Below are positions 1 to 13,400 of a stretch of DNA of 64,000 nucleotides, piece by piece. Location: contig JAWMAR010000391.1 in assembly GCA_036785375.1 (NCBI GenBank), positions 1,116,001-1,180,000 on the forward strand. Direction: 5' to 3'. The notes under the pieces were generated by a model. It was given only the letters and a program-made list of their open reading frames with translations. It ran no database searches and was not told the origin of the DNA. The stretch comes from Leucoraja ocellata. Its lineage: Eukaryota. Each line of letters opens with the position of its first letter. Within the stretch, counting starts at the first letter, position 1. The translations under genes and the position numbers were made by a program.

Positions 1-124
1 GTCCATTACATGAAAGCTGAAGGTGAGCCTTGAATATCGTTCTGACACTTGGAGCCAATGTTGCTTAAGAGTCTCTCTCCTTCAGCCAACACTGAGTTCG
101 AAGCTTTTAAATAAAATTATCTCC

Positions 125-272
125 CTCTGTGCTGCTCTCTCTCTCTCTCTCTCTGTGTCTTTCTACCTCTGTCTGTGTGTGTGTGCGTCTCTCTCTCTCT
201 CGGTCTGTGCGAGTGTGTGTTTCCCTCTCTCTGTTTGTGTGTTTGTTTGTGTATGTCTCTTTGTATGTCTGT
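125..272. repeat. Degenerate (CT)n/(GT)n microsatellite
   Basis: Directly visible low-complexity tract. Confidence 0.85.
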
Positions 273-1295
273 GAATATTTAACGCTGTAAACCGACAAGG
301 TGCATCTAAACCAGAACTTGAGGAGAAGCATCAGTTTGTACATATTCTCAGTAGGTTGGTTTAAAGTTAATCTACAAGTGTCATCGTTTTGTTGGTTGTT
401 TGTGCTTGGACATTCTCCCTTCCTGGTGTGTCATTGGAATGTGAGAAGATGACCATCTGTTGTTAATATTCTGTTGCTGGGCAGAGGTCACTACAAGAGA
501 ATAGCCCCTCTAATCAAATGGGAATAGCAGCCTTCTCTGCACAAACAATGTGATCTGTTGAGATGATTAAAATCGGGTGGAAGGTTTACCTTCTCAAGGG
601 AAAGGTGTTTATTATGAGTTCATAGAACAGAGAGTATAGAAATGCAGGAAGGTATAATTAAAGTGTGTGGTGAAGTGTGTTCAGGCAGCACCACCAGTTT
701 TCTGAAGGCATTAAAGTGTTGGCTACAGAGTGCAGCTAGCAGTCGAATGGTTGCTTTGTGTTCCATTATAGTTATTTCGTTAAGCCCCAGCATGAGTTCT
801 GTTGAAGCATTCAGAAGGGTAACAAGACTCTTTAATTTTCCTTCAAGGATTTTGTTCCATAGGTCAGAAATCAGGACTTTTGAAATTCATTATTAGCCAG
901 TAATTACTACTTGTGTATGGGGCTCCTTGGTTTTGCAAATTAAGCGGCTTTCAAGCTTATTCATGAATGTGGGAAAATGTAATTGGGAATAATTTTGCTT
1001 TTGGCTGTATTAAAATGCTTTGCCTTGCTTTAAGAAGCAAATGAATGATGAAGCTGATGACTGGAAGATCGACTTCTAATAAGAATTGCATTGTTATTGC
1101 GGCAATGGGGAAAAGTATTATTTGCTGTGAAATTAATTAAAAGACAAAAATATAACATTTTAAGAGATATTTAGACAGATTTGTGTCTTATTTTTATGTT
1201 TGCATGCCTTCTGCAGAAGAACTACAGCCACAAATGTGTTGCTGAGGTTACTTATTCTTGCTTCACAAATTAACAAGAGTATTTTCTTTCTCCAG

Positions 1296-1460
1296 GTTTA
1301 AATAATGAGGAATATCAAGTGGTTATTGGGAATGATACAACTCGTTACATTATTGATGATTTAGAACCAGCCAGCAACTACACATTCTATATTGTTGCCT
1401 ACATGCCCATGGGAGCCAGTCGAATGTCAGAACATGTGACTCAGCACACCTTGGAAGATG
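1296..1460 (+). CDS. PRTG: PRTG exon (FN3 C-terminal half; [13 protein letters not shown]...QHTLED)
   Basis: tttctccag acceptor, GATG|gt donor, 165 nt, phase 1-1. Confidence 0.93.
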
Positions 1461-4400
1461 GTACAAAAAGCTATTCTGAGATTTATTTTTCAATCTTAAC
1501 CCCAATCTCCTGCCTTCTCCCCATAACCCCTAAATGCCTGTACTAATCAAGAATCTATCTACCTCTGCCTTTAAAATATTCATTGAGTTGGTCTCCACAG
1601 CAATGAATTCCACAGATTTACCACCCCTTTGTCAAACCAAATCTATCCATTTCTTCCAACTAAAAGCTTGGAAAGTTCTTGGTTATTTAACATCTAGGCA
1701 TCGCACCCATGATTTATTCTGCCATTGGGTCACAGGTGTCGTTTATTTCAAATAAAATCGGGACCTAAATTGTTCCTAAAATTAGATGAGATGCTTGAAG
1801 TTTTTTACCAATACGTAGCCTTATTTTAATTGGAGCTTAATGTATCCACTCCCACATGTAAATCATGTTTATTTTGCAGTAATTCATTAAAACAAACGCC
1901 TGCTTCTTCCATCTTCAAACTCTCATTCTACCAAAGAAAATAGTATTAGAATTTCTGAAACAAGTTGTTAATGTATACAAGAGTGGCACAATGAATGAAT
2001 AAGGTTAAACCTAATCGTAGCTTAATCCTATTAGTCTATCAACTGTAACTGGTGTTGTTTTTCAAAAGTTAGGTTGCATTGAATATGACGATACTTGAAA
2101 TTGAACAGAGTAAATACTGTCTACACGATAAAACAAGCATACCTGGAGAAACAAATCTCCACATTCACCCTTGAATTATCAGGTTAAGAACTTATTTTAA
2201 AATGCTGTGTTAAATTATGTTTACTCAGTCCAGTAGTACAGATTAATCCTCTTGCATGCTATGCACATGGTACTATGGAGTCAAATAGTTGAATGCTGCT
2301 TCTAAAATTTGATTCCACTGACTTTTGAAAGAGGATTAAACATGTATGTATTACCACAGCTTACCTTTAGTGAGTTGGGCAGAGATAGGTTTCATTCACA
2401 ATGATTGCAGCTGAAGTAATTTGATTATCTTGCCAATGTTGCTAAATAATATAATCACTTTTACATGGACATCTTTTAAATATCATTTACTTTCTTGATT
2501 CTTTCCGATGCAGTCCCTCTAAGAGTGCCAGAAATCAGTTTGACCAGTCGTAGCCCAACCGACATCCTGATCTCATGGCTTCCCATTCCAGCCAAGTTCA
2601 GGAGAGGTCGTATTATTGCCTATCGCATTCACTATCGTAAAAGCACAGAGCGCGCTGTCCACTTGGTGGAACTTCCAGGAGCCATATCGGACCACCTGCT
2701 TGAAGACGTCGAACCTGACAGCACTTACCTTGTACGAATCTCTGCAGCAACCAAGATCGGCTGGGGAGAATCTTCAATCTGGACATCCCACAGAACCCCA
2801 AAAGCTACCAGTGTCAAAGGTAATCCATTGTGTTGGAGAAAGAGAAGAGAAATATCAGGATTCCCAACGTGTTCGCATTTCATTAACAATCTGCAACACG
2901 GGTTTTATCATCTGTCATCGTGGGTACTGAACTTAGTGATTTTTTAAATCCAGATCTATAATGATAGGATATTCTGGCAATCTGCAATGCTGTGTGTGGT
3001 TTGAAAGATTGAACACTGCAAATTTATAATGTTCATGTTCACATCCATTGGTGGAAGAGATAATTCGACTTGGAATTCCAATTAGTTACATTTTTCTGAA
3101 AAAAGAATGTGCACCAGTACATGTCTCTGAGTATAATAATTATAACAGATCAGCAATAATTCAGTGTTTTTCTACGTTTTTTGATTCGGTGTGCATTAAT
3201 TACTTTCCTAAGCAGACATGGATCTTGGTCCCAGACACTTGTCTTGGTTTATTTACTGTGGGCCTTATTAACATCTCAATTGGAAGTCTGCAAGGTGGGG
3301 TAGAACTAACTTGAATATTCTATGTAGTTCAGATAATAAATACTTGTGCTGAAATATAACATTTTAGTATAAACCTTTGGCATGGAGCGAGCATGGTCGT
3401 TTCCTTCAAAAATGCAAGGCCATTCTCTTTGGTAAAGTTGGGGAAGAGAGCTTACTTTTCAACACACCATTGATTCCCAAATTAAACTACAGATACTGTT
3501 CTACCATTTATTTAAAAAGAAAAACACGAAGGCTTAAATTCACCGAGTTCTAGATACTCAGTTCTGATCTTAATCCAGAACCCAAATAAAGTCTGTTTTT
3601 TTCAGCCTCCCCATCTCACTACGTTCCCCCCCCCCCCCCCAACCCTCTCACAATACGACAACGTGTCCTCCAGTATTGGCCATCAGCAGGGCTCAGTGTC
3701 TACAGAGGAATAATGAGTCGCAAATTCTTTGCCAACCAATGAATCTGTTTTCCATTTGGAAATGCAATTTAGTCTTTTATAATTGTTTGGTTCCTTTGCA
3801 GAGTTCACTTATCTATCTTCATAGAAACATAGAAAATAGGTGCAGGAGGAAGCCATTCGGCCCTTCGAGCCAGCACCACCATTCATTGTGATCATGGCTG
3901 ATCGTCCCCTATCAATAACCCATGCCTGCCTTCTCCCCATATCCCTTGACTTCCATTCATGATTGTGCCAAACACAAGTTTGAATTGTACATATGATCAA
4001 CACAAATAAATCTTTTCTGATGATAGCATTGTAGGAACCTTGATAATCTATCTTATTCCAGAATCCATTTAGTTTTGATCAGTACATGAAGACTTTCTCT
4101 GTTGGGTCGGTCAATAAAGGTAACATGTTTTTGAAGGATACTCAACAGAAAAGTGCAGATTCCATTCACAAGGCATTTCATTTGCATTGGTCCCTTTTGG
4201 ACCAAGATGGGAAAAGGTCAGGATTCCTCCTTAATTCCGGCCATTGGTAACACCTGGATTTAGTGCATATGTGTTGCATTGAATAAAATATTTTGAGCTT
4301 GACTATGAGACCCTTGTGTGTGTTAGAAACAATTGCCATCTCAGTTGAACAGTGACTGCTTGGGTTTAGCTCCCTTATTTCCCCCCGCCTCTTCTACCCC

Positions 4401-7400
4401 AACAGATCATTGTCTTTGGGGTAGAAGTGTGGAAACCAAAAGATTCTTGTAAATAAACTGATATGGGGGTTTATACATTCCTCTGACGAATGATGTCTAG
4501 CTGCCTTTCAGAATTTAGTGCAAACACCCAAGTTTGGATTGAATGCTCCTGAGGGAGCTCCTTTCACTGTGTTGCCATTTCAATTAATTTAATTTGATTG
4601 GAAATACTTGTAAAGTTCTTGTGATCCACCAAACTATTGCAGAACTGTCGTGATGCTTTCAGTAAATTTAAGTTTTGTTTAATGCAGATTCTTAATTCAT
4701 TTCTTCTTAATTAATTTGAGATTAATTTGGGGAAATAAATGCAAGTGAAACTAGCTTGAAGACTTGAGAAGGATGAATTATTTTTATATATTCTCCCAAA
4801 CCAAAACTCTGCCCATCCCCACAAGGAGAAGCATCGGTGATATATCTTTCTTTGTTAAACTTCCAATTTTGAGACAAAATAAAGAATTTACCATCTGATG
4901 TTTACTTTGCAGTGCTTCATTGTGCCTCATTCATCACCACTGTTATGGAAACTCTCATTGCATCCCCCTCCCCTTTATCAGACCGGGGACTAGGACCACA
5001 CTTCTCTTCACCATCCATCAGTGCCATTTTGTGATCACGGGACAAAGGAATTTCAGTTCTGTTGACTTAACTTATCTCTATGCAAATGTGTGCTGTGGAA
5101 CTGCAATGTAATCCTTGCTAGATCTTAGTGAGAAATAAGGGCACTTTGAACTAGATGAAACAGTTTCAATAACAGGGTAATTTGCAACTTGTACTGGGTC
5201 CTTCAAACTGGGGGCTAGGGTGGGGTGGGGGTAGTGAAGTGGGGCTTGCTGGTGGTTCCATTCCCCAAGTCAGAATCTTGTTCACTTTTGATTCAATTTG
5301 GTGACTTTAATATTTTGGAGAGAATGTAAAGATGTGAGCAGGTGCATCCAAAAATACTTTGAGTTTCAATATGTTAAACGTGAATCAGACCCTAAAAGGT
5401 GTTCTGCTGAGGCACATTTCCTTTTTGTCTCTGGATCTAAATTGCAACTGAAGGTTGGTGCAGGAGGTGTTTGCCATGAGCTGCTGTGCTTAGCAAAAGC
5501 CTGCTGGCCACCAAATCATTCTCCCTGGGTTAGGCGGCGTTCATTATGGAATCAATACCAGGCAGTTAAAATGGCCAGAGCACCTCAGTAAATGCATGTC
5601 TAAGTCAATTGTCAGAGCATTTAAAAAGTAAAATAGCTTGATCAAAAGAACAAAATCTACGGGCATATCTGTCAATGAAGATACTTTATAGAACTTCAAA
5701 ATGATTTTTCCTGTAAACGACTCGGATTGAGAATTGCAAATAAATAGTGAGAACCCTAAATATTTTTTATTTAATTATTTTTTTAACCTTTCGTAACGAG
5801 TGCACAAAGTGCTACAGGATAATATTGTAAGACTTAAGGTGAGGCTTGTTAATGTTCCTTGTTGATGATTGCATCATCTTCTAAAGGATACAACTTGGAT
5901 TCAATAGCAATGTTTATTTTAAAATGATGAAACTATGAGACTTCAGGATTTCAGTGGAGAACAGGTTTTGAGTTGTATTATGAGGTGCAGGAGGATGGAA
6001 GTAACTTGATATATAGGTAGCATTTAGCCAGACAGTTTGGGTTAGGTTAGTACGATACCTATTTTTAATCAAAATGCTAAATGTTGTTGCATTATGATTT
6101 TGCAACCCAAAGTACAGCATCTGGTGATCTGCCTGTTGTTCATAAGAGATTGTCAGAATAATCTTGTTAAGATGTTGCTGCAGTTCCCCTAGCGACCTTT
6201 GCCCTTGTGCCAGTAACATTAGGATGGGCCCCAAATCAATGGATCATGAGGGTTTGCATTAGTCTGCTATCACTGATAGTAGAGGTGAGGCTGTGTTTAA
6301 TGGGAAGATGGGGGGAAGAATATCTTACTGTTTACTTTTGATTTTAGTAAATGGTATCCATCTAAGAATAATTCAGTTTGGTCACAAACGAAGAGATGGG
6401 GTGTGTTTACGTTTGCTGATACAGCCAAATAAACAGTCAAAGCACCAGTATTTCATTCTGGTGCCTGCTATCTTAAACCATCAATCTTGGAGCTGTCAGG
6501 CATGGAGCAGGACACATCCCTGTGGGGCTCCAGGCCTGTTGTTTTCATCAGATTAGGGCAGTCAACAGCAGGGTGGACGGCATTCCTTCCCTTAAAAGAA
6601 GAAAAGCGAGACTTGGAAAAAGTGCATCCTGAGTTCTGCTTACACTCGTGTTTTTTGTCTTGCTTTTGTGTAGCCTCCTATCTGTCATCCCTGCCATTTA
6701 CTCCAGCACTTTTTTTTTTTTTTAACTCCATTTTGAGCTCTTCTCAGCACAAAAACCATGACTTGTTCAGAAACTAAGGCACAAAATAGAGATTTAAAAA
6801 TACTAGGCAATTTTTTTTAAAGCCCTAAGTTGAAGATTGAGAAAATAAGCTTGTCTCTTGGAATGTAAAATGTGGCACTTAAATTCTTTGAAGAAATACA
6901 TTTATTTTAAGATCAACTTCTATTGCAGCTGAACCTAAATATTAGCACAGGGGACTATAGAAACTATGGTAGTACTAGTAATAAGTATGGGTTGCCTTTT
7001 TTTTTAGTCCAGAAAAGTTTTTAAAAAAAAAGTATTCAGTAGGCTTGTTTAAACTTATTATTTTAATCTGACAGTAAACTTTGTATGAACAAAGTAACAT
7101 GTTAACAATGATACTTGCATTTACCTATAACATTCTGGAATTAAAGGAAATTGTGATACACTGTGAAACTCAAATTGAAATCTTAACAGAATAAACTAAT
7201 TTGTTGGTTACACAGAAAAGCTGGAGAAACTCAGCGGGTGCAGCAGCATCTATGGAGCGAAGAAAATAGGCAACGTTTCGGGCCGAAACGTTGCCTATTT
7301 CCTTCGCCCCATAGATGCTGCTGCACCCGCTGAGTTTCTCCAGCTTTTCTGTGTAACCTTTGATTCTCCAGCATCTGCAGTTCCCTCTTAAAAACTAATT

Positions 7401-10400
7401 TGTTGTATTAGAGTTACATAGGATGTTGCCGTAGAGAGGAGGAAGGCATGAGAATTAACAAAGTATAGATTAATGCATGAAGAAAGATAAAGGATTAATA
7501 TTTAATGTTGTATTTTAGAAATAATACATTCTAATCAGAAACAAAATTGAAAGTGCTTAAATAATACTCGTGTTATTCCATTTCCACAGTTCCCTTGGCC
7601 CCAGAACTGCGTTTAGAGCCATTCAACTGCACGACTATTACAGTGAAGTGGAAGCAAGCGGAGGAAAACGACGTGCAGATCCAGGGGTACAGACTCTTCT
7701 ACAGGGAGGAGAGCCAGCAGGAAACGGGGCCGATCACACTTGGCATGCAGAATTCCCACTACACCATCAGTGGGCTCGGTACGTAATGTTCAAATATTGC
7801 TCATGGGCTTGAGGATTTGCCATCTCACTGTGGAGACACTTTATATGATAGTGCCTTAAGCACCACAAATTCAAAGTTCTCATATGCTACTTATGGTAAG
7901 GAATAGCTTAACTCAATTATTTTCCAGAAATAAGCATGTTGCGTTTTGTTTTATATACTCTGCTGGAGGTTCGAAATCTTGTTCTCATCTCCACAGCCTG
8001 TTACTCTGTTTATAGTATCTTTTCCTTCATTTGTGCTGGAAGTCCCCAAGGGTGGGGGAAGGGTGTAATTTAATTTTCCCCATGGATTAGCTGCAGAGTA
8101 AAGTTTATTAACACCAAACAAGTTGCTTGACACGGGGTATTCAATAGGTCTGAGGAAGAAAGTCTTGATAGTTTTGTTCTGGGAAACCTAGCCAACATTC
8201 AGAGATGAGAAACTTCAATTATTTTGCTAATCTTAATAAAATAAAAAATATGGTTGAAATTGCCAGCTTTCTTCAAGTGAGTTGGAACAAACTAAACGTC
8301 ATGTCTGTTCTGAAAGCACAAGCACAGTTTGAATAAATCATGTGCATAATGTTGTGTAATGCACAATTGTAAAGGCTAAAAATTCAACGTTTTCTTTATG
8401 TACTTTTCAGAATGGGTAGTTTGGAATTTACTAGTGAATTTGCCCAGAACTTCCAAATCCTTTGATTCTATTAATAGTAACAGGATTTGAGTCGGAACAT
8501 TATCTATTCATTCTTCTGTGTGGTACAAGAATTTGCCACCTCAGTAACAGGCATGGAGTCAAAGAGTCTCCTTTTGTAAATACCGCTGTTTAAAATTGGG
8601 AATGCGGCTTTTTAAAAAAAACTTATGTTAAGCATAGAAATTACAAGTGAAAATAAGTTCATTTCTCTTTAAATCTAGCATCACAAAAATATTGCATAGA
8701 AAGGGAACCTCTTGTGTTGCCATGCATTGTTTACATTGGACCTTCCTGAAGAGATTTTTCTTTCTGTTGTGAATTATTGACACAACCTTCTCTGTCAACA
8801 CGATCCCTTAACACAGTTGTTCTGCATTTTTGCCTCCAGACCTCCTGAAATGATCTGAGACCTACTTTGTGCAGAGCCATGTATATACCTATTTCTGGCG
8901 TCTGTCCGATTGTGCCATATCAATTGTGCAAACTAAAATTTGATTCTGCACTAGTTAGGCACAGCTTTCAGCGTGCATGCTAGCTAGCCTATGTGTGTGA
9001 CAAAACTTTTCGCATCATTATAAATATCCAATTTCAAAAATCTTTTTTTCAAAAGTTTGGAAGATAAAGCCGAAAAAAACAAAATTCTAACATGTTAGTT
9101 GGTTTATCAGAAATATCCACCAGATCATGTCTTCACTCTGAGTATACTTAGTAATAGAGGCCAGGATTACTCCGAGTTCAAAATATTTGTTAGTTTGTGA
9201 ATTTCAGGAACTCCAGTTTTACTGGTAACAGCAAATTTAAATCTCCCAGTCTATTTCAATATATTTAGAATATTTTGTTAGAATTGCATTTATTATGACT
9301 TTATCCTCTGTAGTCAAGACTTAGAATTGTTTCCTTTAGTAACAAAAAAGACCAAGAATGCCCAAATGTTATTACATTTGAAAGCCTCAGTCTGAGTGAT
9401 CTGTTGGCATAAGTCACTGCAGAATTATTAAGACTGACCTCGGTCACTGTTTGGCTGTGGCCCCTGACTGTTGCTTGGTGATGAGCTGAGATGCACGTAT
9501 CCCTGTCAATGGCCCCAATCCCCATGTGATGTGGGAACAACAGCACATTCTTAACTGCTAACTGGACAACTGACCATCTGTGGCCATTCCAGCCATAGCA
9601 GGTGGCTGGCAGCTGACCATTTAACCAGGCAAAATACTGTCCAGGATAATGAACGCGAGTGTGGAACTAAACCTAATCATTGATTGGGTTCTGTTTCTGT
9701 TCCAGCATCTTTTTTTGTTGCTTTCCTCTTGATGTCTGTCTTGTAGCTGTTTTGTTTGCTGCTACAAGTTTAATTTAATATTACAAGCTAAAATTAATGC
9801 ATTTGTACCCAGACCTTCATTTCATATCACACCTCCATCACCTGACACCTTTTCACCTGGTTCATTTCTTCACACTGTTAAGGTTCAGTAGTTTCAAATA
9901 AAAGAATTTAAATAAACAGAATACCTGTCAATAAATGGCTGTCCAAATTTGTTTAATGTTTTTCCTTCACATGGTAACATTCGAATATGTAAAACTTTAA
10001 AATATAGATGTTGGAGTTGTAATTTAAATGGATCAACAGCAAAGTGGTGTGATTATCATGTTAGAAAATTATGAAAAACAAGAAAAGAAAATTATGAAAA
10101 CACAAAAATTAAATGGTTAAAAAATAAATGTAAAGCATTCATGTCCTTTAGCTTCCTCACTTCCCTGTCTGATAGTAACGGGTCAAAGTTAATATTCAGT
10201 TAGTTTCTGCTTTTGTCACCAGAATGGTCAGAATTCAGAATGGTCACCAGAATTGAAGAGCATGTTGCAGAATTTGCTATATTTATTGATAATTGTTTAA
10301 ATTGCTTTTGACCTTATTTGGGTGCAGTCCCCACCCCCCCACCCCGACTATAAATTGTCAATTTTACCCTGGATAAACTGTTTTATTGGGAATTTGCCTT

Positions 10401-13400
10401 CCGTGTATAAAATCTCAGCTTGTTTATTATATGCCAAATCAGTTTGTTCCCTCAGTCTTTTCACAAAATTCCAGGTGGGGGTTAAATGGAATGGATTGCT
10501 TCAGGCACTTGCTTGAGTCACTGCCTGTTGACCTCTGGAACCCCAGGAGTTTCTCTTGCTGGTGGATGGAGATAAGTTCTGTCTCTGTTCTTGCAGACTG
10601 TGCCCATTTATAAATGCAACTGTTTTCCAGCTCTAATCCATTTTATGAAAAATGCTTGATCGGCCGTGACATTTGCAATAATAGCATTGATTGTCGCGAG
10701 TTTAATTGCAACCTCGTCGAGCAATAAGGGCCTATCTCAGATGTTCCATGGACTGAGGCTATTGACCAAGTGGATAACAATGAGATGCAAATGTGTGAGA
10801 TTGTTGTATTTCTATTCAATGGGACTTCCAAAAATGTGGAAATAGTAACTGATGTTGAATCAAATTATTGAATAAAATAACCCCACAAAAAAACTAGGGG
10901 TGGCACAGTGGCGCAGCAGTAGAGTTGCTGCCTAACAGCGCTTCGAGCGCCAGAGACTTGCGGACAATCCCGAATGTGGTGCTGTCTGTATGGAGTTTGT
11001 ACGTTTTCCCCGTGACCATGTGGGTTTTCTCCCAAATCTTTGGTCTTCCCACACTCCCAAAGACACACAGGTTTGTAGGTTAATTAGCCTGGTAGAAATG
11101 AAAATTGTCCCTAGTGTGTGTATGATAGTGCCCTTCAGCCCACCGGTGCAGACTCGGTGTCAAGTCAAGTCACATTTATTTATATAACACATTTAAAAAA
11201 CAACTCTCGTTGGCCAAAGTGCTTTACATTTGTTATAAGAATAGTATAAACGAACAAACTATATACATAGAGCCCTCGCTCAGTGGACGTCAGGAAAGGC
11301 TTGGGAGTATAGATAAGTTTTTAGTCTTGACTTAAAGGAGTCGATGGAGGGGGCAGTTCTGATGGGAAGGGGATGCTGTTCCACAGTCTAAGAGCTGCAA
11401 CCGGTGGGCTGAAGGGCCTGTTTCCGTGCTGTATTTCTAAACTAAACTATTGGGCAGGGTGTGAATTATTCGGATTTCAGCTGTGTTATTTTAAAAATAG
11501 ATCTAGATATCCTGTTTCAAAACACACTTCACTTGGGAAAACTAACTGAAGAGGAAAGATATTACATGGTGCAAATCATTTCTATTGAAAAATACCATTA
11601 TTTTCACATGCTACTGTTTTACTGCCGCATATTACCTTATATGCTGTGAAGAGGAATCATTAACCCCAAACGTAATAATTTTTCAATCAATTCAACGAAA
11701 GATTTTTCCAAACTAACAACATCGTTTACATGTACAAGTATTTCCTAACTCCACTCGGAAAAGCATAACTCATTTTTAAACTATACCCTCTAGTTTTAGA
11801 TCCTCCCGCCAGTAAAATTAATTTGTCGACTTCTATCATGTTTCAAAATTTTGATCCTATGAGTTCTTAATCTACAAAAAGCCAACCAAGAAATTCCTAA
11901 GTTATGCAATTCTTAATTGAATCCCTTTACTTAAATCCTTGTCCTGTGATCATTTTACACTCTCACTGAGGACAACGTATTTTCCTTGAGTCCAGTTACC
12001 AAAATGACCCATACGATGATATGGAAATTAATAAAAGTGCTGTTGCAATTAATTATTTCAGTTTAATAAAATAATTATATTTTTACTTAAAGGCCATTTG
12101 TTCTCACTTCAATAGGATGATCGAAATATAAAAAACCTAAATCAAGCTTGCCCAAAGAACAACAGCATAAACTGTTTATTGAATGGAGTGGCCTAAAATG
12201 GGTTGTAACTTTACCCATCAGATATCTGTGGAATACACATTTAAGTTTGACTCTCCTGATTTGCTGCATAATGACCGACCGCTGCTGGAAAATTAGGCTG
12301 ACATAATTGGAAGAATTGGTTTTGGCTCTGATGCCCGACTGATGACAACAAATAGGAAAAGGAAGCCCACACAAGGAACGTCACTTTCAGAATTAAGCTT
12401 TGCCAAGGCTGGTAAAAGATACTCAAGTGTGAGTAGTTGCTTTTGGAGGCAGGAGGGTTAATGGAGAAAACACATAAGAAAGCAAATGCTGCAGTTCGAG
12501 GTGTGTTTTTAATAGCTAATTATGAGTTACACTGTACTAAGGTTTGGTCCAGATTTACTTTGCCAATACAGAGTTTTGCGATCAGTTTTCAGTGGGAGGG
12601 AACAACAAGAGATGAGTAAGAGTTAGAGTGGAGCTAATTTTCCCCCCAGTATTTTCTGCCCATGCATGGGAAGGTTGCTTTAATGATGGTCTCCCGGGGT
12701 GCAATAAAATTATACAGGCCAGGGTGGGCCTGAAAGACAACCCAAATTGGACTAAGTACTATGAAAAGGGGAGGCAAATTGGTAGGAAATGGAGTCTTTT
12801 ACTAGCTGTTTGTGTTTAAATAGTTGCTGTGCGTTAACAAGGTGTGAAAGCGTAATAAAGTGAAGAACACCTGTACAGAAGTGTGCCATTTTACTATGAG
12901 ACGCAAACCATTATGACAGGTTTCTGAAAGCTCAGTTCAAAAATTATCGAGGTATGTGTTTTTCACAATGAATTCTGGATTTTTTAAAAATTATTTGACA
13001 GTAAAGTTATAGTTAATGCTGTTGCTCTTTTGGCTAGCTTTTTAAAAAAAAAGAAAAAAAAAAGTGATCATCCTATTGAAGTGGCAACAAATAGCTTTTA
13101 AATAAAAATATTATTTTATTGAACTGAAATAACCCACCTTTATTAATTCCCATATCATTGTATTCTATCTAAAAACATTTGTGATTATTGTTGAACGTAC
13201 TAGTATTTTGTGTAATGTATAATTCTCATAGGATAATCTTGAAGATTTCACATTTAATAGTGATTGGGGGAGAATGATTTGCCATAACTGTGCAGAGACT
13301 GTGCAGAGACTTGATGGTCTGAAGTGGCTACTCTGGGACCACTTGCAGCGTAGCTTTATTCTCCCGCTAATTTTCCAAGTAACCTATTCTCCTTGCATTC

